Translations under genes and position numbers: made by a program | Part shown: positions 17,580-26,974 of the stretch, piece after piece | How the letters are laid out: each line of letters begins with the position of its first letter | Position numbering within the stretch: position 1 is the first letter of the stretch | Notes under the pieces: model-generated | What the model saw: the letters and a program-made list of their open reading frames with translations, nothing else | What the model was told of the DNA's origin: nothing | Database searches by the model: none | NCBI GenBank assembly: GCA_030637655.1 | Contig: DAOWGI010000009.1 | Coordinates: forward strand, 1 to 32,139 | Source: a candidate division FCPU426 bacterium | GTDB taxonomy: Bacteria; Oederibacteriota; JAAXVQ01; JAUVAV01 | Reading direction: 5' to 3' | Length of the DNA stretch: 32,139 nt

Positions 17580-18797
17580 ATGAAATTTGAAAGTTTAAAG
17601 CTGGATGACCGGATTATCCGGGGAGTACAGGACGCCGGGTATCATGAGACAACTCCGATCCAGGAGGCGGTCATTCCCTCGGCCTCAAACGGCCAGGACT
17701 TAATCGGGACAGCCCAGACTGGAACAGGTAAGACTGCTGCGTTTGTGCTGCCGATTTTGCATCGATTAATACAAAATCCCGGAAAGGGCCGCACCCGCGC
17801 ATTGATTGTCACACCCACCCGGGAACTGGCCGAACAGATACAGGGAGTTGTAAAGGTTCTTGGAAAACACATGCCCTTCAGGTCTGCTACTGTTTATGGT
17901 GGTGTGGGTATGCAACCTCAAGTTGAGGCCTTGCGCCGTGGTTTTGAAATCATCGTTGCCTGTCCCGGACGCTTGTTGGACCATGTCGCACAAGGAAATA
18001 CCCGGCTGGATGCGGTCGAAATACTGGTATTGGACGAAGCGGACCGGATGTTGGACATGGGTTTTTTACCTTCGGTTCAGAAAATCATCAAATTGCTTCC
18101 AACTGCCAGACAGACTATGCTTTTTTCGGCGACCTTTGATGCAACCATGGAAAGGTTGATAAAAAACGCCTTGCGCCGGCCGCAGCGTTTCTGTGTGGAT
18201 GCTGCGGTGCCGGCCGAGACTGTTTCGCATACCCTTTACCCGGTAGCCCAGAACATGAAAAGCAGCTTGCTGTTGCAACTAATCAAGAAAACGGTTGCGC
18301 AAACGATCCTGGTTTTCACTCGCACCAAACATCGTGCGGATCGCGTAGTTAATATGGTTAAGCGCGCCGGTCATAACGCTGCTGCGCTGCATTCAAACAA
18401 GTCACAGAGTCAGCGTCAGCACGCTTTGGCTCAATTCAGGTCCGGCAGACTCTCTATTCTGGTGGCAACGGATATTGCGGCCCGCGGACTGGATATTGCC
18501 GGTATTTCCCATGTTATTAATTATGATATGCCGGATTCCGCGACAACCTATATCCACCGTATCGGCCGGACAGGCCGTGCCTCCCGCACGGGTGATGCCT
18601 TAACCCTGGCTACCTGGGAAGACGCGGACATGGTGAGGGATATTGAGAGGATACTAGGCACGCCTATCAAACGGGAAGCGCTGGAAGGAATAACGGACAA
18701 TATGGCCTTGCCCGTAAAAATTGACAAACCCGTCCAACGCATGACAATGAGCAACCGATGCACCGTGTCCGTGTCCCGGAGAATACATGCCTTTTAG
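17580..18797 (+). CDS. rhlE: DEAD-box ATP-dependent RNA helicase (RhlE-like)
   Basis: Q motif TPIQ, AQTGTGKT, PTRELA, GG, CPGRLLD, DEAD, SAT, LVATDIAARGLD, HRIGRTGR. ATG at 17580 follows AAAGGAAG and is preferred over the track start at 17487. Confidence 0.92.
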   Translation: MKFESLKLDDRIIRGVQDAGYHETTPIQEAVIPSASNGQDLIGTAQTGTGKTAAFVLPILHRLIQNPGKGRTRALIVTPTRELAEQIQGVVKVLGKHMPFRSATVYGGVGMQPQVEALRRGFEIIVACPGRLLDHVAQGNTRLDAVEILVLDEADRMLDMGFLPSVQKIIKLLPTARQTMLFSATFDATMERLIKNALRRPQRFCVDAAVPAETVSHTLYPVAQNMKSSLLLQLIKKTVAQTILVFTRTKHRADRVVNMVKRAGHNAAALHSNKSQSQRQHALAQFRSGRLSILVATDIAARGLDIAGISHVINYDMPDSATTYIHRIGRTGRASRTGDALTLATWEDADMVRDIERILGTPIKREALEGITDNMALPVKIDKPVQRMTMSNRCTVSVSRRIHAF

Positions 18798-18845
18798 CCT
18801 CCGGTGAATAAATATAAGTATTGAAAAAAATGTAGTATAAATGAA

Positions 18846-18873
18846 ATGCCCTGCTGAAAAATCAGCAGGGCAT
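18846..18873. terminator. Stem-loop, probable intrinsic terminator after the helicase
   Basis: ATGCCCTGCTGA-AAAA-TCAGCAGGGCAT, a 12-bp perfect stem with a weak U-tail. Confidence 0.65.
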
Positions 18874-19001
18874 ATTAGTAAAAAAAGCCAAAAATAGAAA
18901 TCAGAAAGCGGAATCGGTAATACGGGTAGCTAAAAAACTAATAATATTAATGAAAAGAGTACAAAGAATTACAAGGATAATCGTATTACCGAACAACGTC
19001 C

Positions 19002-19120
19002 GTGTGCCACGAGGCTGCACGAGAGATGAGGGCGGGTCCCTTGGCATCGGCTTGCACGAGCCGGTGCCAAACCGCCTTGAGCTGCTGTGCCCAAAAGGCA
19101 TGGTGGTGTAAATCCGGGGG
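19002..19120 (+). mobile_element. Group II intron 5' fragment (start of domain I), truncated
   Basis: Begins GTGTGCC; collinear with the element at 31645 (GATGA.GGCGGG..AAACCGCCTT..GCTGCTGT..CAAAAG..ATGGT.GTG..GGTGTAAAT) with compensatory stem changes. Confidence 0.75.
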
Positions 19121-19173
19121 CATCATACTTAACTATTTAATAATTAAAAACATCATAAGAATACAAGAAAACC

Positions 19174-20586
19174 TTATGAAGCTGAGACTAGCCCAATAGC
19201 AGGCCGTTTTCTTATAATTTGCAACAGAGCTCCATTATTGTTCCAACGGCTTACAATACTGTGCCACTCATCTAGTGATTTTAATTGGTTTGAATTGGAG
19301 ACGTGGGCCCAGTACTGCCCATAGCCAACGTAGATAATATTCTCTCCTTCCAATCCCCTCGTGCCGGTGGACTTGGTATTTTTAATATGCCCCCAATCTC
19401 CGGGAATCCAATCGTCTCTTGAAAGCACAAAATCGTCTACAGCTATTTCAGAAAATTCACTACCCACCATCATAGTGATGTAAGCGGCCAACTGACATCC
19501 TATCTTGTAATTAAATTTATCTTCTTTATCATTGTAGATATCAAGTAATGCCTCTTTGTAATCCTTGAGGTCGGTTTTAACTTGCCATTTATTTTTTTTG
19601 GTATCAGGATCAATAACCTTTTCCCAATATTTTGGATTCAACCTGGTATTTGAGCCGACACCGAAGCCATACGGTTTGTCCTTCCTGGTTAATTCGACGA
19701 TGCCCATTCTGGCTTCTATATGTGCCTTGAGATTTGTGATTGCCTCTGTGGTATTACTGCCCATGAGAGGGAATTCTCTTCCGGATGAGAGCATATCGCT
19801 GACGATCTGAGAGTCAAGCCAGGGCATCATGGTGCGGAATCTGGAATAGATGTCCCCTGTTCGTTGGGCGTCATGTATCTCGTGCTCTGCAAAAAACTCA
19901 TCAAGCGATACGTCGGGATGTACTTTGATCGTGCGTTGAATATGATTAGGCCCTTGCCGTTGGCTGACATGAGCCAATTCATGCGCTAAAAGCCACTTTC
20001 CCCGGGAGGTTGTTGGTGAATATTCACTACGGCCAAAAGCAATGGAGTTGCCGCAACTAAAGGCCCTGGCATTGATCCGCTGTGCCATGTTTTCTGCTTT
20101 TTGATCATGATGGATTCGAACTTGTAAAAAATCCTGCCCGAATCGGGATTCAAAATAGGAACGTTCAGATGCAGGCAGCGGTGATCCTTCACCCAGCGTT
20201 GACTGAACGCCGGATTTACTTGAGGTGGATTTTTGTGCATTGGTCTGGTGTTCTGCAGTTTCATTAATAGATGTACCACCCATAATTTCGTCAGCACGGC
20301 GATTTGCTGTTTGTTCATGTTTGTCATCTGGTTTTCCAATAGTTAGCTTCGGTTTCTGACAGGAGGGGCAACCGCCTTCACAAACGCATTTAGTTTGTAT
20401 CAGTGGAAGCGGTGCAGCGGCAACAGCCGGACTTTTTTGAGGCTGCAGGTTTTTTAGCGGAAAGACAATCCGTTTTTCCAGAAGATTGGATTTGGAAAGT
20501 CTCATAACAGTACGCATAATTTCCCGGTCCTTTTTGTTTTTTGTAATGCCATCGATAATGACGGTCTGCCGCTTATAATATTTCAT
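19174..20586 (-). CDS. DUF4157 (eCIS core) domain protein with C-terminal Tgl-like protein-glutamine gamma-glutamyltransferase domain
   Basis: CVCEGGCPSC, KLTIGKPDDKHEQTANRRADEI, GSPLP..FESRFGQDF..VRIH..ARAF..LLAHELAHVSQ; then NPKYW, YKIGCQLAA, DWIPGD, GENIIYVG..YWAH. Start codon uncertain. Confidence 0.85.
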   Translation of the reverse strand: MKYYKRQTVIIDGITKNKKDREIMRTVMRLSKSNLLEKRIVFPLKNLQPQKSPAVAAAPLPLIQTKCVCEGGCPSCQKPKLTIGKPDDKHEQTANRRADEIMGGTSINETAEHQTNAQKSTSSKSGVQSTLGEGSPLPASERSYFESRFGQDFLQVRIHHDQKAENMAQRINARAFSCGNSIAFGRSEYSPTTSRGKWLLAHELAHVSQRQGPNHIQRTIKVHPDVSLDEFFAEHEIHDAQRTGDIYSRFRTMMPWLDSQIVSDMLSSGREFPLMGSNTTEAITNLKAHIEARMGIVELTRKDKPYGFGVGSNTRLNPKYWEKVIDPDTKKNKWQVKTDLKDYKEALLDIYNDKEDKFNYKIGCQLAAYITMMVGSEFSEIAVDDFVLSRDDWIPGDWGHIKNTKSTGTRGLEGENIIYVGYGQYWAHVSNSNQLKSLDEWHSIVSRWNNNGALLQIIRKRPAIGLVSAS

Positions 20587-20713
20587 GTGACCATATTAAT
20601 ATTATACCTGAATTTTACACGTGATTAAGCTAAAAAAAGATATTCCCATCCGGGCGGGCGCTATAAGATATGTTTTCGACAAGCTTAGAAGGTCTAGGGG
20701 ACGTTGTCCCCCA

Positions 20714-20968
20714 TCATTGCCTAATACATATTTTACCACTAGTGATTTTCTGACCTGCTTGATAAATTAGATATAAATAAACGCCCGAAGATTGCAGACC
20801 GGGATCCCAGGCGATTATCGGCTGACTGGGATCAACCCGGTTGGATATTCGGGAGACCAGTCTACCTGCAGGTGTATAAATAAGAATTTCAATCTGCGCG
20901 TTCTTTTCAAGCGGAATATGAAAGTATACCAGGGATTTGCTGGGATTTAGAAGGTGAATTGTAATCAC
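20714..20968 (-). pseudogene. Orphan T9SS/FlgD-like C-terminal domain (gene remnant)
   Basis: NPS..VYFHIPL..IEILIYTPAGRLV..WD..SSGVYLY..GKICI; an in-frame TAA lies four codons upstream of the GTG; no signal peptide or RBS. Confidence 0.6.
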
Positions 20969-21023
20969 AAGTGCAACATTTTATCATTTATTATTGAACT
21001 ATAAAGATTTAAAGAAAAAGATC

Positions 21024-21158
21024 CACCACAATACCCAAACTACGGGCACGAGAGGCACAAAGGACACTAAGATACACAAAGGAAAGCCTAAGATAGACCT
21101 TAATTATTAATCATTATGCTGCTTAGTGAACCTTTGTGGCCTTAGTGCCTTGGTGGTG
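21024..21158. repeat. Imperfect inverted array of short CAC(A/T)AAGG-type units
   Basis: Left arm GGCACAAAGGACACTAAGATACACAAAGG; right arm CTTAGTGAACCTTTGTGGCCTTAGTGCCTTGGTGGTG (inverted orientation). Confidence 0.7.
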
Positions 21159-21353
21159 AGTTTTTTAAGGATAAAGTAACTATTTGCCTGTTTGTGTAGC
21201 AATCAGGCAATGTTGCAATATGAGTTACAATCTGCCACAGAAATATAATAGTCAATTAATTATTCCCAATCCGGCAAAAGCAGCGTAAAATATTCCTAAG
21301 TGCCACTTGCTATATTTGCCACGGCGATAATTGATAATCTTTATTGAGGGATT

Positions 21354-21368
21354 AGGTGCCAGGCACCT
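21354..21368. repeat. Short palindrome AGGTGCCAGGCACCT
   Basis: Perfect 7-bp arms with a 1-nt centre upstream of the SIMPL gene; a REP-like motif type. Confidence 0.5.
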
Positions 21369-21421
21369 GGAAAATATTCATAGTATTATAAGTTAAACAA
21401 ATAGTTTGTTGAGGAGGAGTT

Positions 21422-22147
21422 GTGGAAAAACATGGATTAGCAATTTTTGGTGTGTGTTTGGCGTTGGGTATAATTATTGGCACAGCTATATTTGTCACTG
21501 GGATAAAAGAGGTGGTGCCCAGCAATCAGGTAGTGAAAGTACGCGGCGTAGCTGAACAATTTATAGAAACCGATCGCGTTGATTGGAAAATTAGTATTAG
21601 TTATTCTCATAAAGAACTTGCTGCCGCTTATGCAAAAGTTGACATGGCTGTAAAAAAAGTGAAAACTTTTTTAGTTAAAAATCAGGTGCCGGAACAAGCT
21701 GTCAAACTTGTTGGTTATGACCAAAACAGACGGACACAGATGATCACCTTGGATGAATTTGGCAATCAAAAAGAAGAATTTATTGGTTATGAAGTAAGCT
21801 GTTCTGTATTTTTAGAAGCTTTTGAAGATTTGAATTTAGTGGAAAAGTTAAAAAAAGAGTTTGCCCTGGTCATCCAAAAACAAGGCATAGCTGCTGTAGC
21901 CCATTCTCCTTACTTTTATTATCATAAAAAAGTCAGTGACATAAAACCAGCCTTACTGGAAAAAGCTGCCAAAAATGCCTTTGAACGAGCTACAATTGTG
22001 GCTAAAAATAGCGGTGCTAAAATCGGCAAATTGAAAGCTGCGCGCCAAGGTAATTTTGAAGGCATGGGGGAAGACGGATTGGTTGGTGGGTATAATAGAA
22101 AACAACGGATAAGTGCCGTGGTGACTGTGGATTATTCGTTGAAATAG
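21422..22147 (+). CDS. SIMPL (DUF541) domain protein
   Basis: GAGGAG RBS with GTG start, N-terminal TM, VKVRGVAEQ..D...W, LLEKAAKNAFERATIVAKNSGAKIGKLKAARQG, VVTVDYSL. Confidence 0.88.
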   Translation: MEKHGLAIFGVCLALGIIIGTAIFVTGIKEVVPSNQVVKVRGVAEQFIETDRVDWKISISYSHKELAAAYAKVDMAVKKVKTFLVKNQVPEQAVKLVGYDQNRRTQMITLDEFGNQKEEFIGYEVSCSVFLEAFEDLNLVEKLKKEFALVIQKQGIAAVAHSPYFYYHKKVSDIKPALLEKAAKNAFERATIVAKNSGAKIGKLKAARQGNFEGMGEDGLVGGYNRKQRISAVVTVDYSLK

Positions 22148-22253
22148 ATTACTACTTGGGTGGGGGACGTTGTTTGGTAATGATTCTGCTGCAAAACCCA
22201 CTAAAAAGTCATTGCTTGTGCCCTTTGGGTACGAGCGATTGATTGTCGCTCAT

Positions 22254-22285
22254 AATTGTATTGCTTCAGTTGAAGCAATACAATT
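22254..22285. promoter_or_regulatory. 15-bp perfect inverted repeat, candidate operator of the ABC operon
   Basis: AATTGTATTGCTTCA-GT-TGAAGCAATACAATT, ending 67 bp before the first permease start. Confidence 0.6.
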
Positions 22286-22352
22286 GTGAGATATGTTGCG
22301 GCGAATTATTTTGCTGAATAAATAAGGATTGAAATGATAAATCGATAAGGAG

Positions 22353-23591
22353 ATGGACATGTTCTTTTTTCTCAAACTCGCTTTCAATAGTGTGCTCAAG
22401 AATAAACGCAGTACCTTTACGATTCTATTAGTGGTTTTTATCTGTGTATTGACCATGGAATTCACCGTGGGATATATGGATGGCTTTAAAATCAAGCTCA
22501 TGGATGATGCCTTAAAGCAAAGCGGCCATATTAAAATTTACAATCAGGGTTATTATGATAATTTTGATTTTGCTCCCATTGATTATAATTTGACTTTAAG
22601 CCCGGAGGATTTGACCCGCATCCATAATGTAGAGGGTGTAACCTCAATCCGGCCAGAAATCAATTTTGGCGCTATGGCAAATTCTGAGACAAAGAATCAG
22701 GAAACCATGGTCAAGGCGATTGATTATACTATTGCCGGGGATATTTACGACAAACGGAAAAATAATATTCGTCAGGGGCATTTTCTGCAAGCAGATAAGG
22801 ATGTTGTCATTGGTGAAAAAATGGCGCGAATACTTGAACTTAAAATAGATGATCAAGTTATTTTATTAACCATGGATCAATATGGAGGAATTAATGCGGT
22901 GGAAGGGAAGATTGTCGGTCTTTTTAAAAGTCAGATTCCCGCAGAAAATGACAGCCTCATCATTTGTTCCTTGGCCTTGGCCCAACAGCTGCTCGCTTTA
23001 GAAAATAGTGTTACGCAAGTCACCGTCAATATCGCTGATATCTGGCAAACAGAAACAGTGGTTAAAGAGATTGAAAAACTGTCTTTGGCAAACAGTATTG
23101 TAATTCCTTGGCAAAAAGGTCAGGCTTTTTTAGTTTCAATACTGGAAATGATGGATACCTGGATTTATGTGATTATGGGAATGATTATTTTTGTGGCAGC
23201 CATGGGTATTTCAAATTCCTTCTTAATGAATATTATGGGACGTTTGCCTGAGTTTGGTGTACTCCGCGCCATGGGCCTGAGCCGTTCGCAGATGTTTGGG
23301 ATGATTTTATCAGAGTCTTTTATACTGGGATTGTTGGGATCTATACTGGGTCTGATTCCTGGTGTGGGTTTAGTTTATTATTTTCAGATCAATCCGATTA
23401 ACTACGAAGCCATGGGAGAATCATTTGAAAGTTTCGAAGGATTAGACGCGGTTATCGGTACGGCCCTGGTACCTGAAACCGCCATTGCAGTATTAATAAC
23501 CGGATTGTTGATTTCGGTTTTTGCCGCTTCCTATCCAGCCCTGGTGGCTATACGAAAAAAACCGGTAGAAATTCTAAGGGTGCTGCAATGA
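22353..23591 (+). CDS. ABC transporter permease, LolC/E-FtsX (MacB-PCD) family
   Basis: LAFNSVLKNKRS, periplasmic domain, NSFLMNIMGRLPEFGVLRAMG, YPALVAIRKKPVEILR. Confidence 0.92.
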   Translation: MDMFFFLKLAFNSVLKNKRSTFTILLVVFICVLTMEFTVGYMDGFKIKLMDDALKQSGHIKIYNQGYYDNFDFAPIDYNLTLSPEDLTRIHNVEGVTSIRPEINFGAMANSETKNQETMVKAIDYTIAGDIYDKRKNNIRQGHFLQADKDVVIGEKMARILELKIDDQVILLTMDQYGGINAVEGKIVGLFKSQIPAENDSLIICSLALAQQLLALENSVTQVTVNIADIWQTETVVKEIEKLSLANSIVIPWQKGQAFLVSILEMMDTWIYVIMGMIIFVAAMGISNSFLMNIMGRLPEFGVLRAMGLSRSQMFGMILSESFILGLLGSILGLIPGVGLVYYFQINPINYEAMGESFESFEGLDAVIGTALVPETAIAVLITGLLISVFAASYPALVAIRKKPVEILRVLQ

Positions 23592-24832
23592 AAAATAAAA
23601 TTATAAAAATCGCCCTCCAAAATGTAATCAAGCATAAACGCAGAACGTTTTTTAATGCCTTAACCTTTGCGGCTAATGCTTTTGCCTTGGTTACTCTCAT
23701 CGGGATGCTAAATGGTATGTATAATAGTATTTATGAGCGTTCCATTGATTTGCAAACAGGTCATTTTAAAATTTATCATAAAGATTACCTGGAAGAAAAA
23801 AATAGAATGCCCTTGGAGTATAATATTGATCAGCCTTATCAAGTGATGGCAGATATTCACGCTATCCCTTATTTTGTGGGAGCAGCACCTCGGATTATGC
23901 ATAATGGGATTATCAGCAATACCCGCAACAAAACCGGAATAGCTGTAATTGGAATTGATATGGAGCAAGAGCTGGTTACCACGAAATTATTTGAGAAAAT
24001 TCCTCCGCAAGAGTATCTGGAAAAAAATCATGGAGAGATACTCATTGGCCGGCGCTTATCAGAATTATTAAAAACCGGCAAAGCTGATTTTCTCTTGTTT
24101 TACTCCCAGACCATTCACAAAGCCAATAACCTGGTTGATGTGGTGGTTAAAGGGATCTATAGCATTGGCTTTGATAAAATGGAAAAAAGCATTGCTTTTG
24201 TACCGTTGGCATTTGCTCAGGAATTTTTTGATATGGACGATAAAGCGACTGAGATTATTGTCAGAATTAAAGATCGAAAATATCTTCCTCAGGCGCAAGT
24301 TGCATTGGAAAAAATAATTCAGGCCAAATATTCCATGCTGGTGGTCAGTAATTGGAAACAAGAAGCTTCTGATTTGATTGCCGGTGCCCAAGCTGATTAT
24401 GTTTCCTACGCAGTAATTTTTGCGATCTTATTATTTTTGGCTATCTTTATAATTATGAATACTCTGACCATAACCGTTTTTGAACGTACAGCTGAGATAG
24501 GGACGCTGCGGGCTATTGGCCTGGAAACCGGCCAGGTGCGTTGGATGTTTTTGTATGAGGGGATTTTTCTCGCTTTAATCGGTGCGATTATTGGCGGCAT
24601 TTTAGCAATCCCCATGGCGTATTACATGAATGTAGTTGGAATATCCATGCCGGCGGAATTTAAAGATAAAATGCCCTTTCCGATTGAAGCCATGGTTTCT
24701 AAAAATGTTTGGTGGGATTGGGTTTTAGTAACCGGCATCTGCCTGGTCACCGGAATTATCGGTGCGATTTTACCCGCCAACCGGGCAGCCAAGATAAAAA
24801 TTGTTGATGCCTTGAAAAAAGGAGTCCGTTAA
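23588..24832 (+). CDS. ABC transporter permease, LolC/E-FtsX family (second subunit)
   Basis: ATGA overlap with the upstream gene; IALQNVIKHKRRT, NTLTITVFERTAEIGTLRAIG, PANRAAKIKIVDAL. Confidence 0.92.
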   Translation: MKNKIIKIALQNVIKHKRRTFFNALTFAANAFALVTLIGMLNGMYNSIYERSIDLQTGHFKIYHKDYLEEKNRMPLEYNIDQPYQVMADIHAIPYFVGAAPRIMHNGIISNTRNKTGIAVIGIDMEQELVTTKLFEKIPPQEYLEKNHGEILIGRRLSELLKTGKADFLLFYSQTIHKANNLVDVVVKGIYSIGFDKMEKSIAFVPLAFAQEFFDMDDKATEIIVRIKDRKYLPQAQVALEKIIQAKYSMLVVSNWKQEASDLIAGAQADYVSYAVIFAILLFLAIFIIMNTLTITVFERTAEIGTLRAIGLETGQVRWMFLYEGIFLALIGAIIGGILAIPMAYYMNVVGISMPAEFKDKMPFPIEAMVSKNVWWDWVLVTGICLVTGIIGAILPANRAAKIKIVDALKKGVR

Positions 24833-24879
24833 GTTAGAGGGAAACGGGTTTTAACTGGAATAGATAACTAAAAGAAGAG

Positions 24880-25692
24880 GTGAAGCAGATGAAAAAGATA
24901 GTGATTTTATTCTGTGTTCTAGGTATGACCAATATAGTGTTGGCAGAAGAAGCTAAATTAGAGAACGATCAAACCAAGCCAGGCAAAGCTGTGGGAGAAG
25001 AAATAACAACTGCTAAGCCAAAAAAATATTCTCAAGCACTGGCGCAAGAATTATTAAAGGCCAGTGATGACAGTATGTATCCGGAATATTTTAAATCAAC
25101 TTTTACTATGGTGACGCATCGTAAAAATAAAAAAGACTTAAAATATACGTATCTCATGCATGGAAAGGGAAGTAATACAGCTTTAATGGAAATTACTGAA
25201 CCTGCGAGGGAAAAGGGTAAAAAAATACTTTTAACTAAAGATAATTTATGGATGTATATCCCGGCAGTTTCGCGGCCGATCCGCTTAAGTCGTAAACAGA
25301 GTTTTATGGGTTCGGCTTTTTCCAATGAAGATCTCATGAATTCCACTATGGCTGATGATTATGCTCCGGAGATAATCGATAAAAAAGGTGAACTCTATCT
25401 ATTGAGTATGAAAGGCAAGAGGCGCGATGTGGCGTATGCTAAGATCGAAATGTGGATTCATGGTAAAACCAAGATACCAACTGCGGCGACTTATTATGGA
25501 TTATCAGGTAAAGCCATCAAAAAAATGGAATTTTCTGAGATTAGAAAACTAGCCGGTAAAATGCGTCCGGCTAAAATGCTAATGATCGATTTACTGGAAG
25601 CAGGGGCTTCAACTGAAGTGCTGATGAAGACCTTGGTAAAATTAAAGACAGTTCCTGATTATATGTTTGATCAAACCCAGTTAGGGCGTTAA
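24880..25692 (+). CDS. Outer membrane lipoprotein-sorting protein (LolA-like fold)
   Basis: Signal peptide; EPAREKGKKILL..NLWMYIP..RPIRLS..QSFMGSAFSNEDL motif. The start may be the ATG at 24889. Confidence 0.85.
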   Translation: MKQMKKIVILFCVLGMTNIVLAEEAKLENDQTKPGKAVGEEITTAKPKKYSQALAQELLKASDDSMYPEYFKSTFTMVTHRKNKKDLKYTYLMHGKGSNTALMEITEPAREKGKKILLTKDNLWMYIPAVSRPIRLSRKQSFMGSAFSNEDLMNSTMADDYAPEIIDKKGELYLLSMKGKRRDVAYAKIEMWIHGKTKIPTAATYYGLSGKAIKKMEFSEIRKLAGKMRPAKMLMIDLLEAGASTEVLMKTLVKLKTVPDYMFDQTQLGR

Positions 25693-25784
25693 TTTGTCCG
25701 GATTCCCGGTTTGATGTGAATTTGCCGGGGACTTCTTTTGGTTACGAGTCTGGGATGAAGATATTTTAAGAAAGCGGTAGAAAA

Positions 25785-26951
25785 ATGAAGGATCAAAAAA
25801 GCAGAATTATTTTGGGATTGATTTTTATTAGTGTTATCTTTGGTGCGCCACTAGCTGAGGCTTTTGATGTTAACCTGGAAGCGCAGACTCGCATCACTCA
25901 GACTGAGTATATCCAAAATGATATTTTGGATATACTGCATGACCAACAGAGTCTTTCTAAAACCACGGCCTTTGAAAAATTAACCTTCAAGTGTAAAAAG
26001 CGGTTGGATGATGTTCAGTTTGTTTTTGAAAATCGTTTAATACTCTGGCCGGACCAAACACCTATTGAGCATACAGTTGATAATGCGTATTTTTCAATTG
26101 CCAATGGTCCTTTGATTCTATATCTCGGAAAACAACGGATTAAGTGGGGCACAGGGTATTTCTGGAATCCAGTTGATGTATTGCAGTCGCCCAAGAATGT
26201 ATTTGATCTGTCCGACAGCTTGGAAGGAATAATGGCATTACGTTGTGAATATTCTCATCCCTGGTTAACCCCTTCAGTGATTCTTGTCTTAAACTCTAAC
26301 GATTATAGGCTGGAAGCTTCCAGTAATTATAAATTCGGCTTACAACTTTATAAATTAATTGGCACCATGGATTTATTCTTAAATTCGGTCTATTGGCATA
26401 ACAATCTGCAAAGTGTGGGAAGTGCCTTATCCTGGGATGTGGACTGGTTTATTATCAATGCTGAAGCAGGAGCAGTTAAATATATTAATAATACCTTTAG
26501 CCTGGCCCAAACCTTGAAAGATCAAGCAAGTCAAATACAATTTAATTATTTATTGGGACTTTCGCGACAAATGGGTGAGACCTTTTTTATTACTGCTGAA
26601 TATTATCATCATGCCGGTGGACTTAATAATACGGATTTTGATTTATATATTAATGAAGTGTTTCAAGATTCAGACTGGCTTCAATATATGGGCCCGGCTA
26701 TGAAAAAAGATTATGCTGCCTTTAATCTTTCCTATACCCTGGATAATACCTGGGGAATCAATGTAGTGGCGATTACCGGATTAAATGACGGCACTTTTTA
26801 TTTATATCCCAGACTAAGTTATGTTGAAAATCCCAATTATAGTATTGAGTTGGGGTATTTTAAAAATTTTGCCACCCCCGGCAACCAAGAAGGGTACTAT
26901 ATTACCCCTATGCAATATGCGGTAGAATTGCGATTGATCGGATATTTTTAA
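25785..26951 (+). CDS. Hypothetical outer-membrane beta-barrel protein of the ABC operon
   Basis: Signal peptide, GKQRIKWGTGYFWNPVD motif, AEYYH..G, alternating C-terminal strand ending in YF. Confidence 0.75.
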   Translation: MKDQKSRIILGLIFISVIFGAPLAEAFDVNLEAQTRITQTEYIQNDILDILHDQQSLSKTTAFEKLTFKCKKRLDDVQFVFENRLILWPDQTPIEHTVDNAYFSIANGPLILYLGKQRIKWGTGYFWNPVDVLQSPKNVFDLSDSLEGIMALRCEYSHPWLTPSVILVLNSNDYRLEASSNYKFGLQLYKLIGTMDLFLNSVYWHNNLQSVGSALSWDVDWFIINAEAGAVKYINNTFSLAQTLKDQASQIQFNYLLGLSRQMGETFFITAEYYHHAGGLNNTDFDLYINEVFQDSDWLQYMGPAMKKDYAAFNLSYTLDNTWGINVVAITGLNDGTFYLYPRLSYVENPNYSIELGYFKNFATPGNQEGYYITPMQYAVELRLIGYF

Positions 26952-26974
26952 TATGATTAGGTATAAAGGAGGTC

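Noticed and set aside
18914-19001. Integron attC site before the intron fragment
   Set aside because: No proper RYYYAAC/GTTRRRY core pair, no integrase, and the intron does not look like class IIC.
18901-19199. Short ORFs 18901-19101 (-) and 19002-19199 (+)
   Set aside because: Both overlap the group II intron fragment and lack start signals.
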